A stretch of DNA of 64,000 bases from an uncultured Planctomycetia bacterium (lineage in GTDB: Bacteria > Planctomycetota > UBA8108 > UBA1146), in NCBI GenBank assembly GCA_964422295.1, contig CAYRAM010000015.1, forward strand, positions 3,272-67,271, written 5' to 3'. Positions 46,676-56,990 of the stretch are shown here, in pieces (position 1 is the first letter of the stretch; each line of letters begins with the position of its first letter). Below the pieces are notes generated by a model. The model did no database searches and was not told the origin of the DNA. It saw only the letters and a list, made by a program, of their open reading frames with translations. Both the position numbers and the translations under genes were made by a program.

Positions 46676-47821
46676 TTATTTGCCTGATTGAGGTGTTTTT
46701 ACGTTATTTTCCGGTACCAAGATCTGCACCCTCCACCGTGTTTCCAGGCTGTGGCTCAGGGTGAACTCACGCTCGATAGCGGGGCTCTGACGACTGAAAA
46801 TCATCATTTGTCGGGGTTTGAATCCGGTGTTTGCGGAAAAGATCTCGAATCCCGATCCCCATCGACCGTGGTGGAGGTAAATCGTGGAGTCTTTCCACGG
46901 ATGGTGTCCGTGATTACTGGATCCGCTTCCGCCACCCCCGAAGGAACCCATCGAATCATCGATCCCATCAGTCAGAGGTGGGGGTAACTGGAATGTATAG
47001 CTGCCTCCAGGTTGTGCGCTGAATTGGAATTGGCCGAGATCGGCTTGAAAGCTCTTTTCCACTGCTGAATCGAAGACCAGTTTCAGCGAGGATGCTCCCG
47101 CAGGGAGAGAGAGTTGCAATTGCCGCAAATCCTCATCCTTGGATTCTTCCGTGCTCTTTGATTCGGCATTTTTTTGAAATGGAATCCAGTGGTGCCTGCC
47201 CAGGTCGCGGATCTTCAGTTTTCGCCATCGGACCTGCAGCGGTTCAGTTTGACCTGCTCCAACTCCATGAACCTGAAGGCCGATGACTCCCTGCAACCGA
47301 TTGCCACAGTAGGTTTTTGCGGCAGGAACTCCATTGAGCCAGGTTTCGATCAGGGCACCTTTGGCGATGACGCGCACATGGTTCCATTCGTCGATGTCAT
47401 GTGCTGCGATCGCTTGTGGATTTTTCGAGAGATCACAGAGCCAACCTCGGTCCCCCTCTTCGAAGATACCGGCAGTCCAGAATCGTTTTCGTTCATCGTC
47501 CATATCAATTTCTATCTGGCAGCCCTGCATTCGATTCTTGTTCACCTCACTGCGGATCTGAACCCCCGCATTCAATTTGCTGTCGACCTTGAATTCATAT
47601 TCGAACTCAAAGTCACCGTACTTCCTCTCGGTGACAAGAAAGGTATTGGGAGAGCCGGGGACGGTGGTTCCGGTGACGACCCCATCTTTGACAGTGTACG
47701 TGGCAGTGCCGCAGCAAACCTGCCAGCCGGACAAGTCTTCAGGGGGAGTGAGATCCTGCCATGGAGAAGTGGGATCTGCACTCGGAGGCAGCGACAGCAG
47801 CAAGGTCAGAATGAAATTCAA
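46676..47821 (-). CDS. DUF1080 (3-keto-disaccharide hydrolase-like) domain protein, secreted
   Basis: Signal peptide; NTFLVTERKYGDFEFEYEFK, NAGVQIRS, EWNHVRV, WLNG, GVIGLQVH, VRWRKLKIR. Confidence 0.88.
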   Translation of the reverse strand: MNFILTLLLSLPPSADPTSPWQDLTPPEDLSGWQVCCGTATYTVKDGVVTGTTVPGSPNTFLVTERKYGDFEFEYEFKVDSKLNAGVQIRSEVNKNRMQGCQIEIDMDDERKRFWTAGIFEEGDRGWLCDLSKNPQAIAAHDIDEWNHVRVIAKGALIETWLNGVPAAKTYCGNRLQGVIGLQVHGVGAGQTEPLQVRWRKLKIRDLGRHHWIPFQKNAESKSTEESKDEDLRQLQLSLPAGASSLKLVFDSAVEKSFQADLGQFQFSAQPGGSYTFQLPPPLTDGIDDSMGSFGGGGSGSSNHGHHPWKDSTIYLHHGRWGSGFEIFSANTGFKPRQMMIFSRQSPAIEREFTLSHSLETRWRVQILVPENNVKTPQSGK

Positions 47822-50460
47822 TCTGCCCCCTTATTCAACGATTCGTCGGTCCAGGGCAATCTCCGATCGGCGGTCATCTGACGGATCTTTGTTACCAATT
47901 CCGGTGACACCGGATTCCCGGTATGTCCCCACTGCCTGCGCAGCCATGTCAGCAGACCAGCGATGTCATCGTCCTTCAGTTTGGGGTTTTCCCGATGGCC
48001 GGGCATCGTCAGATCCCAGTGTTCACCCGACACCGTGATGGGACCGGTCAAACCATCGAGGATGATCTTGATGGGGATGGGGTCTGCGCCCAAAAGCCAG
48101 GGGCTATCGAGCAGGGTTGGTCCCAATCCCGGCAATCCTTGGCCTCCCGCGCCGTGACAGGCTGAGCAGGAAGAAGCAAAGGCCCGGGCCCCGGCTTTTG
48201 CCCACCGACGCTCCTCTTCACTCCATGGTTTCAGGTCCGGAGGAGGAGAATCGGATTTCTTGAGGTGGGTGATGATCGTTTCGGCAGGGGCTTTGAGATC
48301 CCTTGGCAAATCTGCCCTCTGCAGCACTTCAGGCAGAGTCGAAATCGGTGGTGGTGCCCAACGTTTTTGAGTCATTACAAAATGAAGCCCTGAGATCACC
48401 GCAGCAAATCGTGGGTCGTCGGAAGCCAACTCTTCGAGCATGGCGAGGATGAGCGGCAAGGAGTGAGGGTCTTTGAGCAGGGCAGATCGAGTCAACTCAT
48501 TTACCAGCGGGACGAAGGCGGAAGTGCCATCGACAGGAAATTCGGCGGCAAGAAATCGTGACAGTCTTTCCACTTGATAGTCGTCCCATTGGCTGAGAAC
48601 CGCCATGCGGATCTCCGCAGCGTGACCATTCCTTTTCAACAGGGCGATGACCGAATTCAGAGCTTCCTCATTTTCCTTCAGAGAAGCGAGAGCCAGCGCT
48701 CTGTGCAGAATCTCCAAGGGTGTCAAAGATCCACTCGGTTCCATTGGTTTGAGGAGCAGAGGTAGGCAGACCTCCCATTCGGGGTGGCTCTGTGGATTCT
48801 CTGCGAATACCTGACATGCGCTGCGTCTGAGCAGTGGATCGTCAGAGCCAAGGGCGTTAGCCAAGTCTCCGGGAAGCAATGCACCGAGACCATCGAGGAT
48901 TCTGAGGGCATGGATGCGGGCCGTGACCGGCGCGGAATCCTGGGCGAGCAGTTGCTGCAATTCACCGACTTCCGCGGATGACCCCGCTTCGACAAGCAAT
49001 CTTTGTGCAGTATCACGAATCCAGCCGACAGGATGGCTGAGTGCTTTGATTTGGCCGCCCGGTTCTGAAAGCAGTGGCAGGCCTTCCGGTGCCGGAGTGG
49101 CATCGAAATCATCCGGGTTGCGAACAATTCGCCAGATTCTCCCAAGGCCCACAGGTTCGGCGAGTCCTCTCTCCTCGATCTGTTTGCGCAGATAGGTGGT
49201 CACAAATTGGCGGTGTTGGATGATCCCTCGATACATGTCTATGACGTAGAGGTTTCCATCCGGACCCAACTTGGCATCGACGGGTCGAAATCTTTCATCC
49301 GTCGAGGCGAGGAAAGCCTGTTTCCCATACACAGTGTGGGGCCAGACCAATTGTTGACCTCTCATCCTGAAGTCGATCTCTTCCATCAAGAATGCAGCGA
49401 CAAGATTGCCCGCGGCTTCCGGAACGAAGGTGATGCCGTTCCATTCGGGACCCCAGCGATCGCTGCGCAAAATGGCGATCCCCGAGGCGGCCGTGTTTCT
49501 GCGCAAGCGACCATCCGGGCGCAGCATCGGTGGCTGATAACCCCGATTGATTCCGGGGTTTACACGCACGGGGAAGGTCGATGGATCAGGGACGACGGTG
49601 TGTCCCGATCGGGCAGGTTGTCCGATGATCCGTCCACACCAAGGATTGGCGAGGAGGAGATCGGTGGGGAGAGAGTCCGCCAGAATCCAGGTCGAGTTGT
49701 GATTGAAATAGAGTCTCCCATAGTCGTCTTGGGCAAGGCCCCATTGCCCCCTGAAAGCCGTGGAAGACTCCTTCAGCTGTGGTTTTTCGCCGACGACGTC
49801 AAAGCGAAACTTGCGACTGCTCTTTGAGTTGTAAATCCAGTTATCGAGGGAGTGGATCAGACCATTGTCCGTATGTTCAACGTGATCGGGATTATCGGTG
49901 CCATAGTTCGTGAGTGAAGTGCGACGGTCACAACGAAGATCCCCATCAAGATCCTGGCAGTACCAAAGGTGGGGAGGCTCGCCGATGAGAACTCCTCCTT
50001 CGACGATGGCGATGGCCCTCGGATTGACCAATCGGTCGAGGAAGAGGTGACTGGTTTCGTAGTGCCCATCACCGTCTTTGTCTTCGAGGACGACCACCTG
50101 TCCCACAGGTTCGGTTTCCCCATCTCCATCGACTGTGGGCATGTAGCCGCGCAGTTCCACCACCCACAGCCGACCTCGCTCGTCCCAGGCCATGGCGACC
50201 GGATCGACCACTTCAGGTTCGCTGGCAACCAGCTCTACCGAGAAACCTGGGGCGATTTGAAACGCCTCGATCGCATCCGCTGGAGAAAGGACCGGGGCAG
50301 GTGGAACACTCCACTGACGCCAGTTTTCTTTTTGGATCTCTCCTTGCCGATCTCCATTCTGCGCATGTGCATCAAATGGCATGATCAGCGACACAAAGAG
50401 TGCGCCCAGCCACACTCCCCGAAGGGGGGCGGCACAAGTAACCCGCGGCAATTTGCTCAT
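47818..50460 (-). CDS. PVC-type membrane-bound dehydrogenase-like protein (beta-propeller + HEAT + cytochrome c)
   Basis: GFSVELVASEP.VVDPVAMAWDERGRLWVVE, FRPVD..LGPDG.LYVIDMYRGIIQH, GRIWRI, heme motif CSACH, GPTL, LTMP. ATG 50460. Confidence 0.88.
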   Translation of the reverse strand: MSKLPRVTCAAPLRGVWLGALFVSLIMPFDAHAQNGDRQGEIQKENWRQWSVPPAPVLSPADAIEAFQIAPGFSVELVASEPEVVDPVAMAWDERGRLWVVELRGYMPTVDGDGETEPVGQVVVLEDKDGDGHYETSHLFLDRLVNPRAIAIVEGGVLIGEPPHLWYCQDLDGDLRCDRRTSLTNYGTDNPDHVEHTDNGLIHSLDNWIYNSKSSRKFRFDVVGEKPQLKESSTAFRGQWGLAQDDYGRLYFNHNSTWILADSLPTDLLLANPWCGRIIGQPARSGHTVVPDPSTFPVRVNPGINRGYQPPMLRPDGRLRRNTAASGIAILRSDRWGPEWNGITFVPEAAGNLVAAFLMEEIDFRMRGQQLVWPHTVYGKQAFLASTDERFRPVDAKLGPDGNLYVIDMYRGIIQHRQFVTTYLRKQIEERGLAEPVGLGRIWRIVRNPDDFDATPAPEGLPLLSEPGGQIKALSHPVGWIRDTAQRLLVEAGSSAEVGELQQLLAQDSAPVTARIHALRILDGLGALLPGDLANALGSDDPLLRRSACQVFAENPQSHPEWEVCLPLLLKPMEPSGSLTPLEILHRALALASLKENEEALNSVIALLKRNGHAAEIRMAVLSQWDDYQVERLSRFLAAEFPVDGTSAFVPLVNELTRSALLKDPHSLPLILAMLEELASDDPRFAAVISGLHFVMTQKRWAPPPISTLPEVLQRADLPRDLKAPAETIITHLKKSDSPPPDLKPWSEEERRWAKAGARAFASSCSACHGAGGQGLPGLGPTLLDSPWLLGADPIPIKIILDGLTGPITVSGEHWDLTMPGHRENPKLKDDDIAGLLTWLRRQWGHTGNPVSPELVTKIRQMTADRRLPWTDESLNKGAD

Positions 50461-50816
50461 TCGCTGGAATCCCGCTCCTTTTTGGAACCGGTGATCTTGC
50501 GAAATCCTTGTTGCAGGATGAAGAGGGGGCCGACGAGGAGGAATCGGGGATCCTTCATGAATGAGGGACGGTTTCCTTCGATGCCGTGCCCGATAAATTG
50601 CAGGATCCAGCCACCGACGAAGAGTCCCACTCCCCACCGCCAGTCTATAAAGACCACGATCAAGGAGATCACGATGGCGGGGATGCCGATGACATGGGTG
50701 GCATGATTCAGCGGGTGTTTGTGATCGGCGTGATAGCGGTCGATCCAGCGCTGAACCGGGCGAGAGTCAGATTCACTGGCGGGCCGGGAATCGGCATCTT
50801 TTGCTTCAGGTTGCAT
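50457..50816 (-). CDS. DUF962/Mpo1-like membrane protein
   Basis: HKHPLNHATHVIGIP, GWILQFIGHGIEGNRPSF. Start ATG 50816 (GGAGG RBS) or 50834. Confidence 0.85.
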   Translation of the reverse strand: MQPEAKDADSRPASESDSRPVQRWIDRYHADHKHPLNHATHVIGIPAIVISLIVVFIDWRWGVGLFVGGWILQFIGHGIEGNRPSFMKDPRFLLVGPLFILQQGFRKITGSKKERDSSE

Positions 50817-51020
50817 GCATTCCTCCGCTGTCATTGTCCATCGAATCCACCCTCGGTTCCATCCCCACTTTTTGAAGGAAACCTGTCACCAGCAACAGTT
50901 TCGGGGACACTTGCCTCGGCAGCCATCGCAGTCGATGCTGTTCATTGCTGCAGATCATTACAGACGTGGGTGGTGCAGGGGGAAACGGAAGATCGGTTCG
51001 AGACTTCACAGGGAGGCACA

Positions 51021-51971
51021 TTGGTCAGCGAATTTTTTGCGGGGCTCGATCTGGGGGGGACCGAAATCAAGGTTGGCATCTGCGGGGTGGACGGTGTGGA
51101 AGCATGGTCGGACCGATCCCCCAGCAATGCTGCTTCAGGTCAGAATGCAATTTTGACCGCTCTTGGCGAAGCATCAGAGCGTGCGATCGCAGCAGCGGAA
51201 GACCATGGCGGAAAAGTTCTCGCACTCGGATTGGGAACCCCCGGTGTGGTTGATCCTGACAGCGGAACCATTCGTTTCCCGGTCGCCAATCTTGGTGGTT
51301 GGCATGGGACCGACATCGTGGGCTTCTTTCGCGACAGATTTCAGATTCCGGCAGTAGTCGAAAATGATGCCAATGCTGCAGCGTGGGGCGAGTATCGTTC
51401 GGGAGCGGGAAGAGGTGCGCGCAATCTCCTAGCAGCAACGGTCGGGACCGGAATCGGTGGCGGTGCGGTGATCGAGGGAGAACTGCTCCAGGGTTCCATC
51501 GGTGGTGCGATGGAGTTGGGGCATATCACCTATCAACCGGGGGGGCGCCCCTGCAACTGTGGACTGATCGGTTGTGTGGAAGCCTACTCGGGAGGTTGGG
51601 GGATGGCCCGCGAATGGGGGCGGCAACTTGCAGATGGAAGTGAGCCGGGAGTGTCGGATCTTATTCAGGCAGCTTTGGCCGGAGATCCCCTTGCCAATCA
51701 GATCCTCGACGAGGGTGCGAAAATTCTGGGGGAAGGGATGATGAGCGCAGTGCACCTGCTCAATCCCGATGTCATCGTGCTCGGCGGCGGAATCATCGAT
51801 GCGAGGCCCCGGCACCTCGAATTGATCGAAGAATCGTTGCGTAAACACTTGTTGCCCAAGGCACTCGCCAGTCTCTCGGTGGAAAAAGCAGCCCAGGGAA
51901 ACAGAGCGGGTTGGATCGGTGCCGCTTTGAGGGCGGAGCATCATTTGAACAGTTCAGGAGGAGCAGGATGA
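51021..51971 (+). CDS. ROK family sugar kinase
   Basis: GLDLGGTEIK, GLGTPG, ENDANAAA.GE, VGTGIGGG, ELGH, CNCGLIGCVEAY, LGGG. TTG 51021 after GGGAGG. Confidence 0.93.
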   Translation: MVSEFFAGLDLGGTEIKVGICGVDGVEAWSDRSPSNAASGQNAILTALGEASERAIAAAEDHGGKVLALGLGTPGVVDPDSGTIRFPVANLGGWHGTDIVGFFRDRFQIPAVVENDANAAAWGEYRSGAGRGARNLLAATVGTGIGGGAVIEGELLQGSIGGAMELGHITYQPGGRPCNCGLIGCVEAYSGGWGMAREWGRQLADGSEPGVSDLIQAALAGDPLANQILDEGAKILGEGMMSAVHLLNPDVIVLGGGIIDARPRHLELIEESLRKHLLPKALASLSVEKAAQGNRAGWIGAALRAEHHLNSSGGAG

Positions 51972-53161
51972 GCAATCCTGAAGAATCAGAAACGAGGGTG
52001 GTGCTCCGGGATGGGCAGTTGGTACTTCCCGATCGCATTCTTCAGGGGGATCTCCTCCTCGAAGGAGCGGTGATCCGTGCCTTGGCTCCTGCAGGAACAG
52101 CCACCGGAGATGAGGTATGGGACCTGGGAGGACGTCGGGTTACTCCAGGCATGATCGACCCTCACATCCATGGTGTAGGCGGTGTCGACTTCAATCACGC
52201 AGAACCCGAGGCCTTGGCGGAAAGTGTCGAGGGGTTGGCAAAACTGGGAGTCACCACGGTCTACCCAACCATCGTGCCGGGACCGGAAGAGGAGATGAAG
52301 CGTGCCTTGTCGACGGTCGCCAGGGCGGCAGAGCTCAGCCCATCCATCCTGGGAATCCACCTCGAAGGCCCCTTCGTGTCTCCGAATCGTCGGGGCGCAT
52401 TGCCTGAAGCGGGAGTCCTGGAGTGGGACGACGAGTTGATGAATCGGCTCTTGGAGGCAGCCGCAGGAAAACTGAGAGTGATGACTTTTGCTCCGGAGAG
52501 GGTTCCTCTCGCCGCCCAGAAAAAGTTTTCGATGGTTGGGGTTAATGGATCGATCGGACATACCTGTGCCAATGCCGAACAAACCGCTGCTGCGATCGAC
52601 GCCGGTGCCCGCCGCTGTACGCATCTGTGCAATGCCATGCCGCCGATGCACCACCGGGATCCAGGGCCGGTGGGTGTACTGTTGCTCGATGATAGGGTGC
52701 GCTGCGAAATGATCCTCGATGGGCATCATCTTTCCGATGAGTTGGTTCGCCTCGCTTTACAGATGAAGGGACCCTCCGGCCTGATCGCTGTCAGCGATGC
52801 CATGCCGCTTGCCGGAATGGGGGTTGCTTCAGGAGTCTTTTGCGGCCAGGAGGTTTGTTCCGACGGCCACAGGGCGACCCTTGCCGATGGGACATTGGCT
52901 GGTAGCGTCACGCTGTTGCCGGAGGCATTATCGAGGACTGGATCAGCCCTGGATCTGGACGATCTATCGCTGCAATCGCTGGGGTCACTGAATGCTGCCG
53001 AGGATCTCGGCTTGCCGCGCAGGGGAAGCTTGCGCAGCGACCATCGTGCAGATCTGGTGATTCACGGTGAGAATGGGATCGATGCGGTTCTGCGCGGAGG
53101 TGTCTCTGTGGATGATGCAGAAGGTCCCCGCTTGCCGGCGATTTTTGAGAGATCTCAATAA
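51968..53161 (+). CDS. nagA: N-acetylglucosamine-6-phosphate deacetylase
   Basis: PGMIDPHIHG, HLEGPF, SIGHT, THLCNAM, LDGHHL, VSDAM, TLAGS; ATGA overlap with the ROK gene. Confidence 0.9.
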   Translation: MSNPEESETRVVLRDGQLVLPDRILQGDLLLEGAVIRALAPAGTATGDEVWDLGGRRVTPGMIDPHIHGVGGVDFNHAEPEALAESVEGLAKLGVTTVYPTIVPGPEEEMKRALSTVARAAELSPSILGIHLEGPFVSPNRRGALPEAGVLEWDDELMNRLLEAAAGKLRVMTFAPERVPLAAQKKFSMVGVNGSIGHTCANAEQTAAAIDAGARRCTHLCNAMPPMHHRDPGPVGVLLLDDRVRCEMILDGHHLSDELVRLALQMKGPSGLIAVSDAMPLAGMGVASGVFCGQEVCSDGHRATLADGTLAGSVTLLPEALSRTGSALDLDDLSLQSLGSLNAAEDLGLPRRGSLRSDHRADLVIHGENGIDAVLRGGVSVDDAEGPRLPAIFERSQ

Positions 53162-53179
53162 CGATGGAGAGGAGGACCG

Positions 53180-54625
53180 ATGACTCCCCATGAAATCCAG
53201 GATCTGTTGGGTCGAATCGCACCAAGGGGGACATGGTGCTCCCTGAGGTGGGTGGAAAACCGCAGTGAAAACTTCACGGTTCGTGACGATGCGCTGCTGC
53301 CACCATCGGCAACAGAGGATTGTGGAGCGATGATCACCGTCGTATCCGGGCAAGGGCAGGGAATTGCGGCGACCAGCGATCTCTCAATCGGAGGACTCTA
53401 TCAAGCCGCTCGGGTCGCATTGGACTGGGCCCAATCGGTCAACGATCGTGGAGTGGTCGACTTTTCAAAGGCTCCCCGGCCGCTGAAATCAGGGACATGG
53501 AGTCATCCCATTGAAAAGCCTTGGGAGCAGATTTCCCATAGCGATTTGATCGATCGCATGAGATCTGAATGCTTACAGATGGCAGGGGATGAGCGCATCG
53601 TTCAACGGGTCGTCAGTGTGTCCCGTTCGCGAACCGATTCCACCCTCGTAACCACCGATGGGGTGACGATTCAACAAACCCATGATCGTTTGATCCCATG
53701 GCTTCAAGTCCTGGCTTCCGATGGGTCCGATGTGCAATCGAAAAGCAATGGTGGGCGGAGTGACGCCCAATTGGGAGGCCTCGAGATTCTCGATCGCACG
53801 GGGTTTGATGGACTCGGCAGAGCGATCAGCGAAGACGCCATTGAAACCCTGCTCTCCCCGGTTTGCCCCAGTGGTGTAATGGATGCGGTCATCGGCCCGG
53901 CACAAATGGTTCTCCAGGTTCATGAATCGATCGGACACGCCCTGGAGTTGGACCGAATCCTGGGTGACGAACGAAACTATGCGGGGACCAGTTTCGTGCA
54001 AAGTTCAGACCTGGGATCCCTTCGCTGGGGGCCTGAAATTCTCGATGTGGTCATCGATCCGGGAGTCGCCGGGGAAGTCTGCAGTACCGGCTTCGACGAT
54101 GAAGGTCTTGAGGCAGAAAAAACCAACCTCATCGAGAAAGGTCTCCTCGTCAGGGGGATCGGTGGCTCCTTGAGTGCACAAAGGTTGGGAAAGCATGAGG
54201 ATGCGATCGCGGTAACACGTGCTTGTTCATGGAATAGACCACCCATCGATCGAATGGCAAATCTCAACGTCGAACCGGGAGATACACCGCTGGATCAATT
54301 GATCGGCGGGGTCGAAAAGGGGATCTGGCTCGACGTCAATTCATCCTGGTCCATCGATGATCGTCGCTGGAAATTCCAATTTGGTGTCGAGGATGCACGT
54401 TTGATCGAGAACGGGGAATTGTCGACCAGGGTCAAGGATGCCGGCTACCGAAGCACGACGATTCCATTTTGGAATTCCCTCGATGCGGTAGGAGACCGGG
54501 ATACGTGGCAGGTGAGGGGAACTCCCAACTGTGGCAAGGGCGAGCCAAATCAGATGGTCTTCGTTGGCCATGCGATGCCAGCCTGTCGGTTCAGGGGACT
54601 CGAAGTCTTCGGAAGGGAGGGGTGA
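53180..54625 (+). CDS. tldD: TldD family metalloprotease subunit
   Basis: QVHESIGHALELDRILGDERNYAGTSF, PIDRMANLN, SWSIDD.RWKFQFG, CGKGEPNQ. Confidence 0.93.
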   Translation: MTPHEIQDLLGRIAPRGTWCSLRWVENRSENFTVRDDALLPPSATEDCGAMITVVSGQGQGIAATSDLSIGGLYQAARVALDWAQSVNDRGVVDFSKAPRPLKSGTWSHPIEKPWEQISHSDLIDRMRSECLQMAGDERIVQRVVSVSRSRTDSTLVTTDGVTIQQTHDRLIPWLQVLASDGSDVQSKSNGGRSDAQLGGLEILDRTGFDGLGRAISEDAIETLLSPVCPSGVMDAVIGPAQMVLQVHESIGHALELDRILGDERNYAGTSFVQSSDLGSLRWGPEILDVVIDPGVAGEVCSTGFDDEGLEAEKTNLIEKGLLVRGIGGSLSAQRLGKHEDAIAVTRACSWNRPPIDRMANLNVEPGDTPLDQLIGGVEKGIWLDVNSSWSIDDRRWKFQFGVEDARLIENGELSTRVKDAGYRSTTIPFWNSLDAVGDRDTWQVRGTPNCGKGEPNQMVFVGHAMPACRFRGLEVFGREG

Positions 54626-55950
54626 TGCAGTCCTGGTTTTTTGATTTGGCAGATTATTCGGAAACATTGCTCACCGATGGTGAAGAAATCACGATGGGAC
54701 TCGCCGGAGAGAAAACCGGGTTCACGCGGATTTCATCGGGCAAAGTCAGGCAAGCGGGATCGATTGAGCAACGTGAGGTGGAGCTTGCCCTGAGATCGTC
54801 TGGACGCGAAGCGCGCATGAATTTGATGCTGTCAGGAACGATGGAAAGTGATCGATCACCGGTCCGAAGTGCCATCGATCGACTCTCCAATCTTTTGAAA
54901 ACGATTCCGGAAGATCCCCATTTGCCGCCACTTGCTGATGCGGGCAGCGAGGAGAGTCGATCTGAGGGTCGATTGCCTCACAAGTCGGAGTTGATCCAAT
55001 CTCTCGCAGGTGAAATTCCGGGTGCAGAGTCCTGCGGCATCGCTCTCACGGGGATGATGTATCGGGGAGTAGCCACATCCAATGCGGTGAGAAGGTGGTA
55101 TGAATCGCCGCTGACAGTGATCGATGGATCGATGCATTTGACGGAGGCCCCAGGTGCTTCCAAGTGGGGCTGGGCCGGTCGTGATTGGCAGGAGGATGAA
55201 GTTCATTCTCGCCGTGAACGTGCTCAGCAAACGCTCGATATACTCTCCCGCCCTGTGGATACTCCCGCAGCCGGTGAGTACCGCACTTGGCTGGAGCCGG
55301 AGGCGATTCGAGATTTGTTGGGTCCATTGTTGTGGAATGGCGCATTCTCGGCGCGGGCCATCGAGAAAGGATCCAGCCCCTTCGCCTCTCTTTACTCAGG
55401 GGAGACTCTTGATCCCAGGGTTTATTTCTCGGAAAGACCCGCGGCGGTGGGGGCCCCGGGCTTTGGAAATCTCGGTTACGAATTGCCGGAGAGGATCTCT
55501 CTGATCGAGGGAGGCATCGGTGTCGATCGTCTCATCAGCCCACGTACCGCAAGGGAATTCAATTGGGAGACGAATGGGGTCAATGGTCCGGAGTCTCCGT
55601 CCTCATTGGAAATGAAACCCGGATCGCTGGATCCCCAAACCGCCTGTGAGGCGATCGGTGATGGCCTTTGGCTCTCCCATGTTCACTATTGCAATATGGC
55701 GGCCAGGGAAGGAGCCAGGGTGACAGGGGTGACTCGCTGGGTCGCTCTCAGGGTGAGGGATGGCAAGGCCGTTGCTCCCGTGGGAACGGTGCGAATTGAC
55801 GATTCGGTGATCCGACTGCTGGGAGAGGGCCTTCTTGAAGTGGGGAACGAGGTCGAGATCCTTCCCGGCAATCACACATACGGTTGCAGGCATCCGCGGG
55901 GGTCCGCAATGCCGGGGATCCTCGTCGAAGGATTTCGCGTCGTTGCCTGA
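54625..55950 (+). CDS. TldE/PmbA family protein
   Basis: Translationally coupled to tldD; YRTWLEPEA, LISPRTAREF, HVHYCN, RVTGVTRW. Confidence 0.85.
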   Translation: MQSWFFDLADYSETLLTDGEEITMGLAGEKTGFTRISSGKVRQAGSIEQREVELALRSSGREARMNLMLSGTMESDRSPVRSAIDRLSNLLKTIPEDPHLPPLADAGSEESRSEGRLPHKSELIQSLAGEIPGAESCGIALTGMMYRGVATSNAVRRWYESPLTVIDGSMHLTEAPGASKWGWAGRDWQEDEVHSRRERAQQTLDILSRPVDTPAAGEYRTWLEPEAIRDLLGPLLWNGAFSARAIEKGSSPFASLYSGETLDPRVYFSERPAAVGAPGFGNLGYELPERISLIEGGIGVDRLISPRTAREFNWETNGVNGPESPSSLEMKPGSLDPQTACEAIGDGLWLSHVHYCNMAAREGARVTGVTRWVALRVRDGKAVAPVGTVRIDDSVIRLLGEGLLEVGNEVEILPGNHTYGCRHPRGSAMPGILVEGFRVVA

Positions 55951-55952
55951 AC

Positions 55953-56990
55953 TCAGATCCGGAATGAATCGTTGAGACGATCGAGGACGCCCGTTGCGGG
56001 ACGCAGGTCTCCCTGTTCCTGTTGCACCAGAGTCTCCTTGGTCAATTTCGTTGCTGCTGTCAGTGAGGGCTGATTCGTATCGACGTGAATCAATCCGGTG
56101 AGAATCTCTCCACGATCACGGGTTTCTTGCAAAACACTTCGGGCAGAATTGATCTCCGCAGGATTGTGGTCCGATTCGAGTTTACGGAGAACCAGTTTTG
56201 AACCGTCGTGCAGTGTGACCTCCTGCAATTCCCCTTCTTCGTAATCGATGTCGATCTGTTCCTTGGGGGCGACGAAGTAGGGGTCATGATAGGTGACGCC
56301 GTGCTCCTTTTGGTGGGTGTATGACTTCGTCGATCCTTCGTGATTGTTGAAGGTCACACATGGCGAGATCACATCGATAAAAGCGAGCCCGTCGAACGAG
56401 AAGGCTGCTTTCAATATCGGCACCAATTGCTTCTTGTCGCCACTGAATGAACGAGCGACGAAGGAGGCACCCAATTCCAGGGCGAGACCACAAAGGTCAA
56501 TGGAATCTTCGCGGGGATATTTCCCCCTCTTGGATGGGCTCAATCGATCCGCGGTGGCTGAGAATTGCCCTTTTGTCAGACCGTAGACACCGTTGTTTTC
56601 GATGATGTAAATCAGCTTGGGATTTCTGCGAATCATGTGAACAAATTGACCCATGCCGATGCTGGCCGAGTCGCCATCTCCACTGACTCCGATGGGGCTC
56701 ATTTCCGAATTGGCGACGTGTGCTCCGGTGGCGAAACTGGGCATTCTTCCGTGTGTGGAATTCAAACCCAATGATTGCCCGAGGAAGTAAGCGGGAGTTT
56801 TTGAACTGCAACCGATACCACTCATCTTGACCACGTTGCGACCATCGACACCGAGATCGTAACACGCCTGAATGATGGCTTCCGAGATGCGATCATGGCC
56901 GCATCCTTTGCACATCGTCGACGCGACACCTTTGTAATCCCCTTTGGCAAGACCCAGGTTATTGACGGCAGGGGCTTTTTCCTCGCTCAT
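55953..56990 (-). CDS. korB: 2-oxoacid:ferredoxin oxidoreductase subunit beta
   Basis: CKGCGHD, SGIGCSSK, HGRMPS.ATG, TPP motif GDGDSASIG, NNGVYGLTKGQ, SPCVTFN. ATG 56990. Confidence 0.93.
   Translation of the reverse strand: MSEEKAPAVNNLGLAKGDYKGVASTMCKGCGHDRISEAIIQACYDLGVDGRNVVKMSGIGCSSKTPAYFLGQSLGLNSTHGRMPSFATGAHVANSEMSPIGVSGDGDSASIGMGQFVHMIRRNPKLIYIIENNGVYGLTKGQFSATADRLSPSKRGKYPREDSIDLCGLALELGASFVARSFSGDKKQLVPILKAAFSFDGLAFIDVISPCVTFNNHEGSTKSYTHQKEHGVTYHDPYFVAPKEQIDIDYEEGELQEVTLHDGSKLVLRKLESDHNPAEINSARSVLQETRDRGEILTGLIHVDTNQPSLTAATKLTKETLVQQEQGDLRPATGVLDRLNDSFRI

Noticed and set aside
46339-46680. Replication origin near rpmH
   Set aside because: No dnaA and no cluster of DnaA boxes or AT-rich unwinding repeats is visible.
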